DNA from: Antedon mediterranea
Lineage: Eukaryota; Animalia; Echinodermata
Direction: 5' to 3'
NCBI RefSeq assembly: GCF_964355755.1
Contig: NC_092670.1
Coordinates: 12,262,795 to 12,326,794 of the forward strand
Length of the DNA: 64,000 nt
A model generated the notes under the pieces. The model was not told the DNA's origin. It searched no databases and saw only the letters and a program-made list of their open reading frames with translations. How positions within the stretch are numbered: position 1 is the stretch's first letter; each line of letters opens with the position of its first letter. A program made the position numbers and the translations under genes. Positions 50,447 through 64,000 of this stretch are shown here, one piece after another.

Positions 50447-52024
50447 ACTAGATTTGAACTCGTCACTTTGACGAGTTCGGGTTATCCGCGCAAACGCAAC
50501 ATGCACATACGTTTAAAATATATGAACGCCGATAATTATTATGCCATCCTATGACATGAATTAAATATGTTTACAGTGCTGAATTGTACCTATTTTGTAG
50601 CATACATCATATTACAGTGTTTACAGAATACACTGTATATGTTATATACAGTGAAGCATAGACGGAATTACGAGACCCATCTTTTAAATCTAATTATTAA
50701 CACGATGACTTCATCAAATTGACATATAAAAACAACAATTTTAGAAGATAATTATCTAATTAATTACATTAATACAAATTTGAAAAATTTTGGGCACGTA
50801 AAAGTGAGATGCGCTCTCGTTTAAACGCAATGAACTTTTACGCAAGAGGTGAAAATACGACTTTTTTTATTCAATTGGCCATATGATGACGTCACAACAT
50901 CTGATTGGCAAAATGTTCACATGATTTCGTATCTACAATCCAATAGCTTCCAGAAAACGTTTTAATCATGATTATCACTTTTTATTCAGACGAGCTATAA
51001 CAGAGTAAAATTTACTGTAAAGATGAAAATAAATGACCCACGTTATTTACATTTTTAGACATGATGCCGTCATAACAATTAACATATTTTTATCTCATGC
51101 GAAAGATAATTGATTGACGTAGACAATAATAAAATCTCGGGGGAAATGGAATTCGTATGAGCGAGATGCGCTTTGTTGAATGTGATGAGCAATAACGAAA
51201 TAGACAAAAATCCTATATTTTATATTCGAGTGGCCATATGATGACGTCACAATGTCCGGTTAGCCATTTTCATGCATGATTTGATATCTACAACTCATCT
51301 ACTTCCAGAATCTGAAATTTTAAAAATGTTCACCACGGAGTTTAGAATCTATGACAGTTTAAAAAAAGGCATAATTTTGACAAATTTTTGAACTTTTTCA
51401 TCAAAAATGCGCGCAAATTGTTTAATTCTACGTGCTCGTATGACGTGATTTTAAGTCGAAATTGATTTAAAATTGATCAATTTACTAGAAAAGGCTGAAA
51501 AAACAAAAATCAAGCAAAAAAAAGATGTTTTTGCGCTATGTGCGCACGCGCGCGTAAAAAAATTGCGCACGCGTGGGAATTTTTGAAATGCTCAAAATGA
51601 CATGAAACGCGTAGAAAGTTGATTAGAAATTGATTTTTCGCATTTTGAAATTTCAAACGCGCGTGCGCGCGTAACCTTTTGTGAAACATGCCATTTTTAA
51701 TCCATAGAAAGTTTGCGCATGATATTACTTAAATTTACACAAAGTTTCAATACAAAATGACTTTTGGTTTTTAATCTATGATCAATCATTGAAATTCATA
51801 AAATCGCGCGTAACTTACGCTGCGCAACTCTAAATTCATTAAAAAAAGTTTCTTGCACATCTACAGCTACAGGGCAATCTTTTGACAAAGTTAAACAATT
51901 TTATGTTAACCAGAATTAGAGATATGCCACCAACAAAATTCGGGGAAAGAAAGAAGAATAACATAGAAAAAAAAAAAAAAGATCCTGACAATAACAAGGG
52001 GTTATCCGCCAAGTGCGGATAACC
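50447..52024 (+). mobile_element. ~1.58-kb Helentron-associated (HINE/DINE/pearl-like) non-autonomous element
   Basis: ACTAG terminus, hairpin ACTCGTCA-CTT-TGACGAGT, subterminal GGTTATCCGC, opposite-end palindrome GGTTATCCGC-CAAGT-GCGGATAACC; inserted in an A-run with no TSD. Confidence 0.7.
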
Positions 52025-52920
52025 AAAAAAAAAAATATATATATACAACACACTAAGAATGTAAAATTAAACTGTACATTTTGTATTGCAAGTGAAAAGA
52101 TGCAGTAGAGTCGCATATAAAAAAACACTTGATCCTCAAATAAATGAATACACAGAATACATTAGAAAGTACTGGAATCAACACAGTGTTGCTTGCTTAT
52201 GAATTGGTTAAACTGACTGATTAAATGAGGAGATTGCACCCTTATTTATATCTTATTGATATATGGGGGTGTCAATTATGACTTCATCGCATAACTTAGA
52301 GATGAGAATAGTTAGTTTTTAGATGAAACTTAAATGACATCATCATCTTTAAGAAGAAATTATAGATGACATCATACCAACTTTAAGTCACAATCCCTTA
52401 TTTGGTATAGTACACAACAAGTGTCCATGACAGGTAAATGTCATAACATAATGGGCCCTTTGGGAGTACCTAGTACAAAAGTCTGCATAGTGTAGTGCTG
52501 ACTTATACAAGTAATAATATGTTAACAATTATATGAAAATGATTGTGTAAATAATAAAGTTAAAAGTAAAGTCTAAAAGTAAAAATGCATTAAAAATCAT
52601 GTGGTGGGCTAAACTGTCAGGCTTCTTATATTTATTAGTAGGTAGCAGACACAAATCTACAATGTGGACCTTTATCAAAGCAGTCATTAATTGTTTTAGT
52701 AAAAGATACCTGCCCCAGGGTGTGAGTTGGAGACCATGATGAAGAATTCATTATCTTTTAAACCTACCACCAACCCCACCTCAGCTCCTCCTCCCAACCA
52801 AGATCCACATACCATACATCCCTGAGATGGTTCAAATGTAGTAAATTTTAAATCAGATTATTTGATACAACATTACCTCTAAATGCCAGTATTTCCTTAT
52901 ACATGAACATTCAAACAAAC

Positions 52921-53320
52921 AAAAATAAGCGAGTTAAAAAAAATCTGCGAGTTAAAAAAAATCTGCGAGTAAAAAAAAAATCTGCGAGTTAAAAAAAATC
53001 TGCGAGTTAACAAAAAATCTGCGAGTTAACAAAAAATCTGCGAGTTAAAAAAAATCTGCGAGTTAAAAAAAATTTGCGAGTTAAAAAAAAATCTGCGAGT
53101 TAAAAAAAAATCTGCGAGTTAAAAAAAAATCTGCGAGTTAAAAAAAATTTGCGAGTTTAAAAAAAATCTGCGAGTTAAAAAAAAATCTGCGAGTTAAAAA
53201 AAAATCTGCGAGTTAAAAAAAATTTGCGAGTTAAAAAAAAATCTGCGAGTTAAAAAAAAATCTGCGAGTTAAAGACAAATCTGCCAGTTACAAAACAAAT
53301 CTGCCAGTTACAAAACAAAT
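52921..53320 (+). repeat. ~19-bp minisatellite (AAAAAAAATCTGCGAGTT)n
   Basis: About 20 tandem units; reverse-complement relatives at 35712-35760 and 36583-36740. Confidence 0.95.
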
Positions 53321-54077
53321 GCTTGATTTAAAAACATAAATGTTATATATTTATCAGTTATAATTGGATAACCCTTCTCTTTTAACATTTTGGTGAGCCA
53401 CTTCAGTGTTCATTTCGATTTTTAATCTTTTGGATTTTGAACTCTTTACTTTGTTTTGTTTTTGTCTGATGAAATAAATGAAAAAATATACATATTTGAA
53501 AATTCTTACTCTGTTTATATATATATATGTGTGTGTGGGTGGGGGGGGGGGGGTGGTATTAAGGTGGCACATAAGGAGATACTGGCATGTTTGCATTAGT
53601 AGTTATTATTTGTTTTTTGTACTAAAAACAAGTTAAATTAAATCAATGGCAATCACATAGATAAAAGAAGATAAAAGTAAGAGATAAACTGGTCACTCAT
53701 CTGCAAACAATAATAAATCAAAAGGTATTATATTCCATTTTAAATTACTTGAGATTGTTTTACAATGGACCTAAGAGAGTCCTCCCAACCAACACCAACT
53801 CCTTCAAATGTAGTAAATTTTAAATCAAAGTAGATTATTTTGATACCTCACTACCTTAAATGCATGCCAGTATCTCCTTATATGCACACTTTACCCTGCA
53901 CCCTTAAAAAGCTTCTGTCCATCCATGTACAAATTCCGGTTATCACTATCATCACTTTATCTCTCTTCTACCAGAGAAAATCCAGAAGAATAGTGTTCAG
54001 AACATTCAGAATACAGATACAGGTAGCGGACTGCACTAAACACTTTAAGCATGTCAAAACACGGGTGTTTCGAAACT

Positions 54078-54280
54078 AGAGACCCGAGACCAGAGACCAG
54101 AGACCCGAGACCCTATACGAAAAGGGAGACCCCACTATACGAAAAGGGAGACTCCACTATACGAAAATGGAGACCCCAATATACGAAAAGGGAGACCCCA
54201 CTATACGAAAAGGGAGACCCAAATATACGAAAAGGGAGACCCAAATATACGAAAAGGGAGACCTAAATATACGAAAAGGG
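54078..54280 (+). repeat. 7-bp (GAGACCC) repeat followed by a 22-bp (TATACGAAAAGGGAGACCCCAC) tandem repeat
   Basis: Direct reading. Confidence 0.9.
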
Positions 54281-54756
54281 GTTGTATGGGGTTAAATCAT
54301 ATGTTACGGGCTCTTGGCCTATACTCATCTCGTGGAGTTTTTGCCTGAGAAACAGTGTTTCTTCACCAAGTGAATCTAATCTAGGCCTACCTCCAGTGCT
54401 TAGCCTAGAACTGTAGTAAGCACTGACTTAACTAAAACATAAACAAGTTGAGCATTCAGAAACAAATAATGCTAAAGTGAATAATAAAAAAATATTGTAA
54501 GCAGTGTTAAGAAAATAATTAAATTTCTTGCCATTGTCATTATATGCCACAATAGGTTAATTTTGGTGATCATCCTACACTATGTACAGAGTCTACACAC
54601 CTGGGTGGGTTGTATCATGTCGCACTGGTTGCACATATGCGAGCAAAAATGCAGATCAAATATAATGATTAATTGTTTCATATCACATGCTCAAGCAATT
54701 TGTTTCTAACATCCACAATACAACCCACTCTATTTTGTTTAGGTAGGACTGGTGTA

Positions 54757-55095
54757 TTTGACCAGCAACTCGCGTTTTTTGACCAGCAACTCGCGTTTTT
54801 TGACCCGCAACTTGCGTTTTTTGACCCGCAACTCGCATTTTTCGACCCGCAACTCGCGTTTTCCGACCCGCAACTCGCGTTTTCCGACCCGCAACTCGCG
54901 TTTTCCGACCCGCAACTCGCGTTTTCCGACTCGCAACTCGCACTTTTCGACTCGCAACTCGCACTTTCCGACTCGCAACTCGCACTTTCCGACTCGCAAC
55001 TCGCACTTTCCGACTCGCAACTCGCACTTTCCGACTCGCAACTCGCACTTTCCGACTCGCAACTCGCACTTTCCGACTCGCAACTCGCAACTTGC
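54757..55095 (-). repeat. 21-bp minisatellite, reverse complement of 48662-49133
   Basis: (GACTCGCAACTCGCACTTTCC)n, about 16 units. Confidence 0.95.
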
Positions 55096-55515
55096 ATTGA
55101 AGTAACACTCACACCTGCTAGTGTAGAAAAGTCAAATCCACCCATATAATAAAACCTAGAACTAGCTAATGATGTAGAAACACCAACAGTTTATTTATCA
55201 AATAAAAATCAACATTATACTCATGTACAACTCAACAGGTAATGTAGTAACGAAAATTGCCTCACAGCTAATCTAGTTAATATCGCCAGCTAATAAAATA
55301 TTATATATTTTACAAACCTAAATGTCTAAATCATGTGCAAATGTATTTCTCTACTTGCCGTCAGTCTATCCACCTCTCGTAAGTGATCGGCTTTCAAAAC
55401 TTAGCACTCTGATCGTAAGCAACCACCCTTGTTAGCGACCACCTTTAATATTTAAAAGGGACTACCTCTGTTAAAGGACCGCTTCTCACAATGGACAACC
55501 TCCTGAAGGGGTAAG

Positions 55516-58500
55516 TTCAGGTCATAATGCTAACGTGAACACTTCCTTTTGTCCTCAACCTATCCCCTTAATGTTAATGTTGCACCACTTGCGCGGCGGA
55601 TAACCAAACTCGTCAAAGTGACGAGTTACATGTCTAGTTTTTCTTCTTTCTTTCTGTATGATTTTTGTGTAACGCTTTTCTCTAAAACTTGCAAACATAA
55701 CATTTTGTTACCTATGTTAACATTTTGACATTTATGTAACGTCGTCAAGCGAAGCTTTTCATGATGTTTACAATTGCGCAACGTGACGTACGCGCGATTT
55801 AACGATTTTCTCGTATTTAACATATGTCGAAAACCAAATAACATTTTAAAGTGAAACTTTGCAAAAGTTTAATTTATATCATGCGCTAACTTTCTGTTGA
55901 AAAAAAATTGCGTGTTTTACACAAAGTTATGCGCGCACGCGCATTTAAAATTTCAAAATGCGCAAAATTAATTTATAATCAACTTTCTACGCGTTTCATG
56001 TCGTTTTAAGCATGTCAAAAATTCCCACGCGTGCGCACATTTTTACGTGTGCGGTGCGCACGTAGCATGGAAAACGATTTTTTTTCGCGTGATTTATGTT
56101 TTTCCAGCTTTTTCTAGTAATTTTACCAAATTTTAAACAATTTCGACTTAAAGATACGTCATACGAGCACGTCGAATTGGACAATTTGCGCGCGTTTTTT
56201 ATGAAAATGTTAAAAAATTCGTTTAAAATATGCCTTTTTTTAAACAGTCGTAATTTCTAAACTAGAAGGTCAACTTTTTGTGGATGGGATATTCTAGAAG
56301 TAGATGAGTTGTAGATATCGGATCAGGTATTAATATGGCTAACCGGACATTTTGACGTCATCATATGGCCACGCGAATATAAAATTTAGGATTTTTGTAT
56401 CTTTCGTCATAGCTCATCACATTGAATAGAGCGCATCTCCACTTATCCGTTTTCCATTTTCACCCCGATTTTGACATTGTCTAGGTCAATCAACTATCTT
56501 TCGCATGAGTTAAAAATATTTTAATTTTTTTGACGTCATCATGCCTAAAAATTAAAATCACGTGTGGCAGTAATTTCATCTTTACAGTAAATTTTAATCT
56601 GTTATAGCTCGTAAGAATAAAATGTGATAATCACGATTAAAACTTTTTCTGGAAGCTATTGGATTGTAGATACGAAATTATGTAAAAATGTTGCCAATCG
56701 GATGTTGTGACGTCATCATATGGCCAGTTAAATAAAAAAGGTCGTATTTTCATCTTTTGCGTCATAATTCATTACATTTAAAAGAGCGCGCATCAATATT
56801 TCACGTATTCAAATTTCTTCTACACGTTAATACGTTGTTGCTGAGATAATTTGCTTTCGGAATTACTACCTTCGCGTTTCATTTTAAAACCGTCAACATG
56901 TTAAAAATTGCAATAAATAGCGGGTCCCGTAATTTCACCTATTCTACACTGTATGTGATATGGATACAGATTATACTGTGTATACTATATATGGATTTAA
57001 ATAATAAAATTCAGCAATAACAACATATCATATTCTTCAGTTCAGGTCATAATGCCAACGTGAACACTTCCTTTTGTCCTCAACCTATCCCCTTAATGTT
57101 AATTTTTCACCACTTGCGCGGCGGATAACCAAACTCGTCAAAGTGACGAGTTACATGTCTAGTTAAATTCTAGTTTTTTTTTTCTTTCTGTACACTTTTT
57201 GTGTAACAAATATCTCAAAAAGTTGAATAACAATGATCACAAAAATTTCACAATGTCTTTCAAATACTTTAACTTAGCCATAATAAGCTTTTCAGCGTGA
57301 TCACTGACCCGTGACGTCACGTATACGCCATTTTGTGAAATCACACTATCAATCATATATCCATAATTCATTATCACATATTTATGAAATTCACTACACG
57401 TAAACTTCAGGTCAAGAGTAAAAATATTAGCAAATAAAAACGCGCGCGCACGTAGGGTGATACGCGTGAAATCGCGCATTAAAAATTTAAAAAGCTCAAA
57501 ATTACGTTTTAATCAATTTAGAGCATGAATTAGGCCATTTGCGTGTTTCAAAAAATTACTGCGCAAAAAAATTATTTTGCGCGCGCGATACTTACAAAGT
57601 GTAAAAATTGCAATTTTTTATACAAATCGCATTCTACTCACCATCCTTAGTACATTCACCAAATTTGAGTCAGTTCCGACTTAAAATAACGGTATACGAG
57701 CAGGTTAAAAATATCAAAATGCGCAAATTAATTTCATCAAAGTGATGAAAATGGTGAAAAATAAGGCCTTTTTAAAATGAATATAACTCTTCAGAATGGC
57801 AGGTGACCCCCAATTTTTTTAAGTTATTCGGGAAGCCATTGGGTTTTAGATACATATTCATGTACACATTAGACGTACAAAATGGTATGACGTCATCAAA
57901 TGGCCACTTTAATTTAAAAATTAGTAATTTTTATCTTTTTGTATGGGTTTTCACATTCAATAGAGCGCATCTCCGTTATTTTAGCTCGATTTTCGGAGAA
58001 GTTTTAGTATGTGCTTGCTCAATTAATTATCTTTCTCAGGAGTTGTCAATATTTTTATTTTGATGACATCATCACGCGTAAAAACTTGAATAACGTAGGT
58101 CGTGTAATTTCAGCTACACCTTACATTTGAATATATTATAGCTCTTCAAAATTAAAGGTGACCTTGAAGATTATAACTTATTATGAAAGCTGATGAAATG
58201 TAGATATGAATTAATATAAAAATTAAGCCTATCGGATGTTGTGATGTTATCATATGGCCAGTTGAAGTTAAAACGTTGTTTTTAAATTTCTTTAGTCGAA
58301 GTTATACAAATTTCAAAGAGCGCGCATTGCGCTTCTACGTGTCAAATTCTCTTCCAATCCTTATATTTATTTGCTCAATTCATTATCTTTCGAAATTGTC
58401 ATCTTCGAGTTTATTTTGATAATTCCATCATACCGACAAATTTGAACATGATATATACTGTACATAATAGGTACAACTCAGCACTATAAGTGTATATGCA

Positions 58501-61500
58501 TCATGTCATAGGATGGCGTACATCAACTTTTTACGATCGTATGTTAACGTACGTGCATGTTTAAAAAATGTTAATTTCATTAAAACGATAAATATGATCA
58601 CCTATAATTCGTCAAAGTGACGAATTAAATTCTAGTTAGGTGATCATTTAGAATAAAATGATCACCTATTGTTATTGTATGAAATCTTTATTAGTTATCC
58701 GCATTCAGCGGATAACTCCTTGTAACTGTCCTGTTACTTTTTTTTTTTTTTCTTTCTTTCTCCCTCATATTTGTGGCTCGCGTATCTCAAAAACGTGTAA
58801 ACATAACATGTTATAACTTTGTCAGCATGAGGGCATTCAGGTGAAGTTGTGCACCTCCTATTTTTGAATGACGTCAGAGTTGCGCAACATGACTTACGCG
58901 CGTTTTTACGAATTTCGCATTTTTAACATAGATTGAAAACCATATAGCAATTTAAATTGAAACTTAACGAAAGTTTAATTGATATCTTGCGCTAACAGAA
59001 TGTGAAAAAAAAATGGCATGTTTCACAGGAAGTTACGCGCGCACGCGCGTTTAAAATTTCAAAATGCGAAAAATCAATTTCTAATCAACTTTCTACGCGT
59101 TTCATGTCATTTTGAGCATGTAAAAAATTCCCACGTACGCGCATTTTTTTACGCATGCGGTGCGCACGTAGCGTTGAAAACCATTTTTTTCGCGTAATTT
59201 ATGTTTTTCCAGCCTTTTCTAGTAATTTTACCAACTTTTGAACAATTTCGACTTAAAATTACGTCATACGGGCACGTCGAATTGGATAATTTACGTGCAT
59301 TTTTGATGAAAAAGTTCAAAAAGTCGTCAAAATTTGTCAAAATTATGCCCTTTTTTAAACAGTTATAGTTCCTAAACTAAACGGTGAAAGTTATTTTTAT
59401 TGCATATTCTGAAAGTTGATGAGTTGTAAATTTTGAATCATGCATTAATATGGCTAACCGGACATTGTGACGTCACCGTATGCCCACGCGAATATAAAAT
59501 ATAGGATTTTTGTATCTTTCATCATAGCGCATGACATTTAATAGAGCGCATCTCCAATTATCTGTTTTCCATTTTTACCCCGATTTTTATATTATCTAGC
59601 TCAATCAACTATCTTTCGTATGAGTTAAAAATATTTTAATATTTATGACGTCATCATGTCTAAAAATGTAAATAACGTGGGTCACTTATTTTCGTCCTTA
59701 CAGTAAATTTCAATCTGTTATAGCTCGTCAGAATAAAACGTGATAATCATGATTAAAACGTTTTCTGGAAGCTATTGAATTGTAGATACGAATTCATGTA
59801 AACATTTTGCCAATCGGATGTTGTGACGTCATCATATGGCCAGTTGAATAAAAAAAAGGCGTATTTTCATATTTTGCGTAATAGTTCATCACATTTAAAA
59901 GGGCGCGCATCTATATTTTACGTATTCAAATTTCTTCTACACGTTAATATGTGGTTGCTGAGATAATGTCCTTCCGAAATTGCTAACTTAGTGTTTCATT
60001 TTGATACCGTCGCCATGTTAAAAATAAGAATAAATGGGGGGTCTCGTAATTTCACCTATTCTACACTGTATGTAACATGTATACAGAGTATACCGTTTGC
60101 ACTGTATATACTATATGACACAAAATAGACTGAATTCAGCACTAACAACGTATGATATTCTTCAGTTCAGGTCATAATGCCATAATCTTTATCTGTGTGC
60201 AATATTCCAACGTATGACGTGCACGTGGCGTTTGTCGTGCGGATAACTAACTCGTCAAAGTGACGAGTTTCATGTCTAGTCATCTTTTTATTTTTAGTTA
60301 TCCGCACTTGGCGGATAACTCCTTGTTATTGTATGGGATCAATATTTTTTTCTGTATTATTCTTCTTTCTTTCTCGCTATTTTTGTGTAGAGCGTTTCTC
60401 TAAAATGTGTAAACATAACATTTTATAACTTTGACAACATGTGGGCATTTACGTGAAGTTGTGCACCTCCTATTTTTGAATTACGTCAGAGTTGCGCAAC
60501 GTGACTTACGCGCGATTTTATGATTTTTTATGATTGATCATAGATTAAAAACTAAAAGTGATTTTTAATTGACACTTTGTGAAAGTTTAATTTATATCAT
60601 GCGCTAACTTTCTGTTTGAAAAAAATTGCGTGTTTTAGACAAAGTTACGCGCGCACGCGCATTTAAAATTTCAAAATGCGCAAAAATAATTTCTAATCAA
60701 CTTTCTACGCGTTTCAAGTCATTTTAAGCATGTACAAAATTACCGCGCGCGCGAAAAATATTACGCGCACGGTGCGCATAGAGCATGAAAATCATGTTTT
60801 TTTCTCTTGAATTGTGATTTTCCAGCCTTTCTTAGTCATTTTCAAAAAGATTGACATCATTTCAAATTAAAATTACGTCATACGAACACGTTGATTTAGC
60901 CCATTTGCGCGCGTTTTAGTTGAAAAAGTTACAAAATGTTGTCAAAATTATGCCTATTTTGAATGTTTTTTAGCTTCTCAGGATCAACGATTATCCCTAA
61001 TTTTTTTAACCTAATATGTAAGCAGATATGTTGTAGATATGAATTCATGCAGAATTTTTACCTCACGGATGTTGTGACGTCATCATATGGCCACACGAAT
61101 GTAAAATATAGGATTTTTTTGTCTTTCGTTATTGCTCATCACATTCAATGGAGCGCATCACGCTTATACGTATTTTTTTTTCTCCGATATTTTAATATTG
61201 TCTAGGTCAATCAACTATCTTTCGCATGAGATAAAAATATTTTAATTTTTATGACGTCATCATGCCTAAAAATTTTAATTACGTGGGTCATTAATTTCAT
61301 CTTTACAGTAAATTTTAATCTGTAATAGCCCGTCAAAATAAAATGTGATAATCACGATTAAAACATTTTCTGGAAGCTCTTGGATTGTAGATATGAAATC
61401 ATGTGAACATTTTGCCAATCAGATGCTGTGACGTCATCATATTGCCAGTTAAATAAAAAAAATCGTAGTTCATTATATTTAAAAGAGCGCGCATCAGTAT

Positions 61501-62900
61501 TAAACGTATTCAAATTTCTTCTACACGTTAATATGTTGTTGCTGAGATAATTTGCTTCCGAAATTGCTATCTTAGTGTTTCATCTTGATACCGTCGCCAT
61601 GTTACAAATTTGAATAAATGGCGGGTCCCGTAATTTCACCTATTCTACACTGTATGTAACATGTATACAGATTATACTGTTTGCATGTATATACTATATG
61701 ACACAAAATTGACAGAATTCAGCACTAACAACATATCATATTCTTCAGATCAGGTCATAATGCCATAATTTTTTCTGTGTGCAATATTCTAACGTATGAC
61801 GTGCACGTGGCGTTTGTCGTGCGGATAACTAACTCGTCAAAGTGACGAGTTACATGTCTAGTTGGTTATCCGCCTCAAGCGGATAACCTTTGTTATTGTA
61901 GTGTTACTTTTTTTTTTTATTATTCTTCTTTCTTTCTCCGATTTTGTGTACGCGTTTTCTCTTGAACGTGTTAACATAACATTTTGTAACTTGGTCAACA
62001 TATAGACAATTAACTGAAGATGTACTGCGAAGCTTTTTGACAATGTCAGATCCGCGTAGCGTAAGTTACGCGCGATTTTCTGAAAATCTTAAATCGGTCA
62101 TAACTTCGAAACCGATAAATATTTTTTAACGAAATTTTCAGCCACGTTTTCTTCACATCAATGGCTAACTTTTTCGCTCTTCAGCAAATTTTTGAACACT
62201 AGAAAGTCTGCGCGTAAACTGCGTTTGAAATTTTAAAATGCTCCTAATTTGTGCACGCTGTTTCTCTGTAACGCGTTAACATAACATTTTGTAACTTGTT
62301 CAACATATAGACATTTTACTGAAGTTGTCCAGCCAAGCTTTTTGACGATGTCAGAGCCGCGTAGCGTAAGTTACGCGTGATTTTCTGAAAATCTTAAATT
62401 GGTTATAACTTCGAAACAAATGAATATTTTTTAACGTCATTTTCAGCCACGTTTGCTTCACATCAATAGTTAACTTTTTTAACGCTATCGCAATTTGTAA
62501 CATTAGAAAGTGCGCGCGTAAATGGCGTTTGAAATTTTAAAATGCTTCAAATCAATTTCTGATTAAATTAGAGCACGATTCAGGTCATTTTAAGCGTTTA
62601 AAAAATTGCCACTGGTGCGCACATTTTTACGCGCGCACGGCGCAGGGAACAGGTATGAGCATTTCTTTTACACGATTTGTGTTTTTAAATCTTCTGTTAA
62701 CAATTTTACGTTATTTTATTCACTTTTCAACTTTAAATGGCGTTCTACGAGCACGTTAAACATGACAGGTTGCGCACGAAAACGTCAACAAATTGTGAAA
62801 ATGTTCCAAAATATGTCTACTTTTAAAAATGACACAGTTCATCAGAATGCAAGGTTACCCCCATTTTTTATTTTAATTTCTTGCAGTGTATGAATCATAG
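55516..62900 (-). mobile_element. Head-to-tail array of ~1.5-1.6 kb diverged HINE-like elements (same family as 50447-52024)
   Basis: Terminal GCGGATAAC..ACTCGTCAAAGTGACGAGT....TCTAGT ends at ~55638, 57163, 58636 (variant), 60280 and 61862. Start palindromes GTTATCCGC-n5-GCGGATAAC at ~58693, 60296 and 61864. Confidence 0.8.
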
Positions 62901-63059
62901 GTCTGATTTATTATAGTGTTGAATGCTAAAACGTGTTTGATGGCTACATTATTTGCATATTAAATATAATTTTTGAAATATTTATCATCAAACAAACATA
63001 AACTTATTCAAAGAGCAAAACAATAAACATAACATTTATCTTTTTTCTTTACATGTTAA

Positions 63060-64000
63060 TATATAAAACTTGAAAGTATGTACTTTCATAAAATATCAGC
63101 GTTTAAAATTGTTGAAGATTTCATCATAGTAAAATTTATGATTTAAGTTTGATATGTAATAATCAACTTGCATCGAGGGGGTTCACGACATACCGAATGA
63201 ACGAGGACTCTTTCTTCGGATTTTCGTCAGCAGGTGGTCATATGGCTCGATGTGTAATGCAACCGACTTTGGTATCAGAGGTACCGGGTTCGAGTCCCGT
63301 CACGGGAAAACAATTAATTAAAAGGGTTTAGTTGGTTATTACACTGAGAGGGCAGTTTTAATTTTGAATAGTCACAACTGAAAAGTACTTGAATGCGCAA
63401 GATACGCACTTTTGTAATGTGTCACTGTTTAAAATTTGTGAAGATTTCTTCATAGTTAAAATTATGATTTAGTTTGATATGTAATAATCAACTTGCATCG
63501 AGGGGTGTTCACGACATACCGAATGCACGAGGACTCTTTCTTCGGATTTTTTTCGGCAGGTGCTCATATGGCTCGATGTGTTAGTGCAACCGAATTTGGT
63601 ATCAGAGATACCGGGATCAAATTCCATCACGGGAAAACATTTAAATAAAATGATATAAAAATAACAATTGTTTTGTAAGCGTGAAACAATAAACGTAGTT
63701 TTTCCCGTCAATATTATTTTATAAAAACTTGAAAGTATGTACTGTCACAATATGTGACTTTTTTATTTTGTTGAAAATGCCATCATAGTATAAATCATGA
63801 TTTAATTCGGTATGTAATAATCTATTTCCATCAAGGGGTTCATGACATAGCAAATGGACAAGGAATCTTTCTTCGTGACATATGTAACGGGTGTCCTTAT
63901 GGCTCGATGTGTAGTGCCACCGACTTTGCTATTAGCCGCACAGGGATCGAATCCCAGCATGGGAAACAACGTTAAAACATAAGTTTGTTTTTTTAGTTAC
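63060..64000 (+). repeat. ~330-bp tandem repeat, each unit containing a degenerate tRNA-like segment
   Basis: TATGGCTCGATGTG at 63241, 63567 and 63898, each followed by a B-box-like GG(T/A)TCGA(G/A)TCCC and CA(C/T)GGGA. Confidence 0.75.

Overview
AT-rich, intron-containing animal genomic DNA. The taxon is inferred only: probably a marine invertebrate, plausibly an echinoderm or other deuterostome. Three host loci can be reconstructed by hand from splice sites and reading-frame phase. (1) The 5' part of METTL6 (minus strand, runs off the left edge). (2) An intact 14-coding-exon minus-strand gene (20491-30103, 1012 aa) encoding Macro-like domain - TIR - TIR - acidic linker - TIR - CaaX-like tail; it has no LRR, TM or death domain that I can see, and it is the most interesting feature because it fuses the two domain types of bacterial type II Thoeris. 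(3) A small family of secreted PAN/Apple + Link-module genes (34-45 kb). A decayed NACHT/NLR fragment is split by a Gypsy LTR element that has lost its RT and carries nested LINE pieces. The rest is transposon- and satellite-rich: a Sola2-like element with a Deu-domain SINE, a Mag-like LTR element, piggyBac/Harbinger/Tc1-like MITEs, Helentron/HINE-like tandem arrays, 21-bp and ~131-bp satellites, and tRNA-like tandem repeats. All assignments come from motif reading; no database searches were run.
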